Source: Candidatus Brocadiia bacterium
GTDB lineage: Bacteria > Planctomycetota > PUPC01 > DSUN01
Length of the DNA stretch: 64,000 nucleotides
Assembly (NCBI GenBank): GCA_046538415.1
Contig: JBKHIY010000006.1
Span: 18,178-82,177 of the forward strand
Direction of reading: 5' to 3'
The number at the start of each line of letters is the position of its first letter. The first letter of the stretch is position 1. The translations under genes were made by a program, and so were the position numbers. Shown in pieces: positions 63,481 to 64,000 of this stretch. Below the pieces are notes generated by a model. The model saw only the letters and a list, made by a program, of their open reading frames with translations. It ran no database searches and was not told the DNA's origin.

Positions 63481-64000
63481 TCAGCGCCCCTTGCGGGCGA
63501 GGGCCTCCAGGCGGGCCACGCGGTCGTCGACGGTGGGGTGGGTGCTAAAGAGATTCGCCGCCCGCTGCCCGGAGAAGGGGTTCACGATGAACAGGTGCGC
63601 CGTCGAGGGATTCGCGGCCATGGGCCGCCGGCTCACCGTGGCCTCCATCCGCCGAAGGGCGCTGGCCAGGGCCAGGGGATTGCCCGAGATGGTGGCCCCG
63701 CCCTCGTCGGCCGCGAACTCGCGGGTGCGCGAAATCCACATCTGGATCAGCACCGCGGCGATAGGGGCGATGATCAGCATCACCAGGCTGCCCACGAGGC
63801 CCAGGGGGTTATCCTCGTCGTCGCCGCCGAAGATCAGCGCGAAGCGGCCCACCGACGCCAGCAGCATGATGGCCCCGGCGACCGTGGCCACGATGGTCTG
63901 GATCAGCGTGTCCCGGTGCTTCACGTGGGCCAGCTCGTGGGCCACCACGGCGTCCAGCTCCTCCTCGCTCAGGATGCGCAGAATCCCCTCCGTGGCCGCC
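63481..64000 (-). CDS. htpX: Protease HtpX (M48 zinc metalloprotease), C-terminal part; gene continues beyond the window
   Basis: The frame stays open to the window edge (...[24 protein letters not shown]), with the HExxH zinc motif, the second TM pair, EFAADEGGA and the conserved [15 protein letters not shown]-terminus. Confidence 0.85.
   Translation of the reverse strand, partial: AATEGILRILSEEELDAVVAHELAHVKHRDTLIQTIVATVAGAIMLLASVGRFALIFGGDDEDNPLGLVGSLVMLIIAPIAAVLIQMWISRTREFAADEGGATISGNPLALASALRRMEATVSRRPMAANPSTAHLFIVNPFSGQRAANLFSTHPTVDDRVARLEALARKGR

Overview
The window is a very GC-rich chromosomal segment with third codon positions almost saturated with G/C. It looks like a free-living polysaccharide-degrading bacterium, with many secreted or TAT-exported glycoside-hydrolase-like proteins, a sulfatase, HEAT and NHL proteins and strong GGAGG ribosome-binding sites; the phylum cannot be assigned from sequence alone. 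I support about 45 protein genes, 3 tRNAs (Asp-GTC, Val-TAC, Thr-CGT), several sigma70-like promoters that stand out as AT-richer islands, and a few perfect GC hairpins at convergent gene junctions.

Main blocks:
- A DtxR-family regulator followed by feoA-feoB.
- A complete nine-gene N-type (N-ATPase) operon, atpDCQRBEFAG.
- ccsA/hemX-like plus hemA.
- A roughly 20 kb carbohydrate locus: a 1261-aa PcRGLX/YetA-like protein, a sulfatase, a 5-gene Opp/Dpp-type ABC importer, a beta-helix+PA14 protein, a TIM-barrel hydrolase and a 1379-aa CBM9-Ig-NHL protein.
- An orphan glycyl-radical enzyme next to a 944-aa HEAT-repeat protein.
- A tRNA, L,D-transpeptidase, rhomboid and TrpB2 segment.
- A SagB-type dehydrogenase, zinc-finger PP2C phosphatase, YggS, XylR-like regulator and HtpX segment.

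I found no CRISPR array, transposase, integrase, phage genes or recognisable defence system. No discrete novel system can be demonstrated from sequence alone. The most unusual items are:
- a short, divergent glycyl-radical enzyme with no activase within reach;
- acidic low-complexity tails on three different N-ATPase subunits, plus a two-carboxylate Na+-type c-subunit site;
- a PP2C phosphatase with a triplicated W-x-CPxC...H...C module;
- a DtxR regulator whose C-terminal domain is replaced by a six-Cys cluster.

Most long ORFs in the six-frame track that overlap these genes in other frames or on the opposite strand are GC-driven artefacts.
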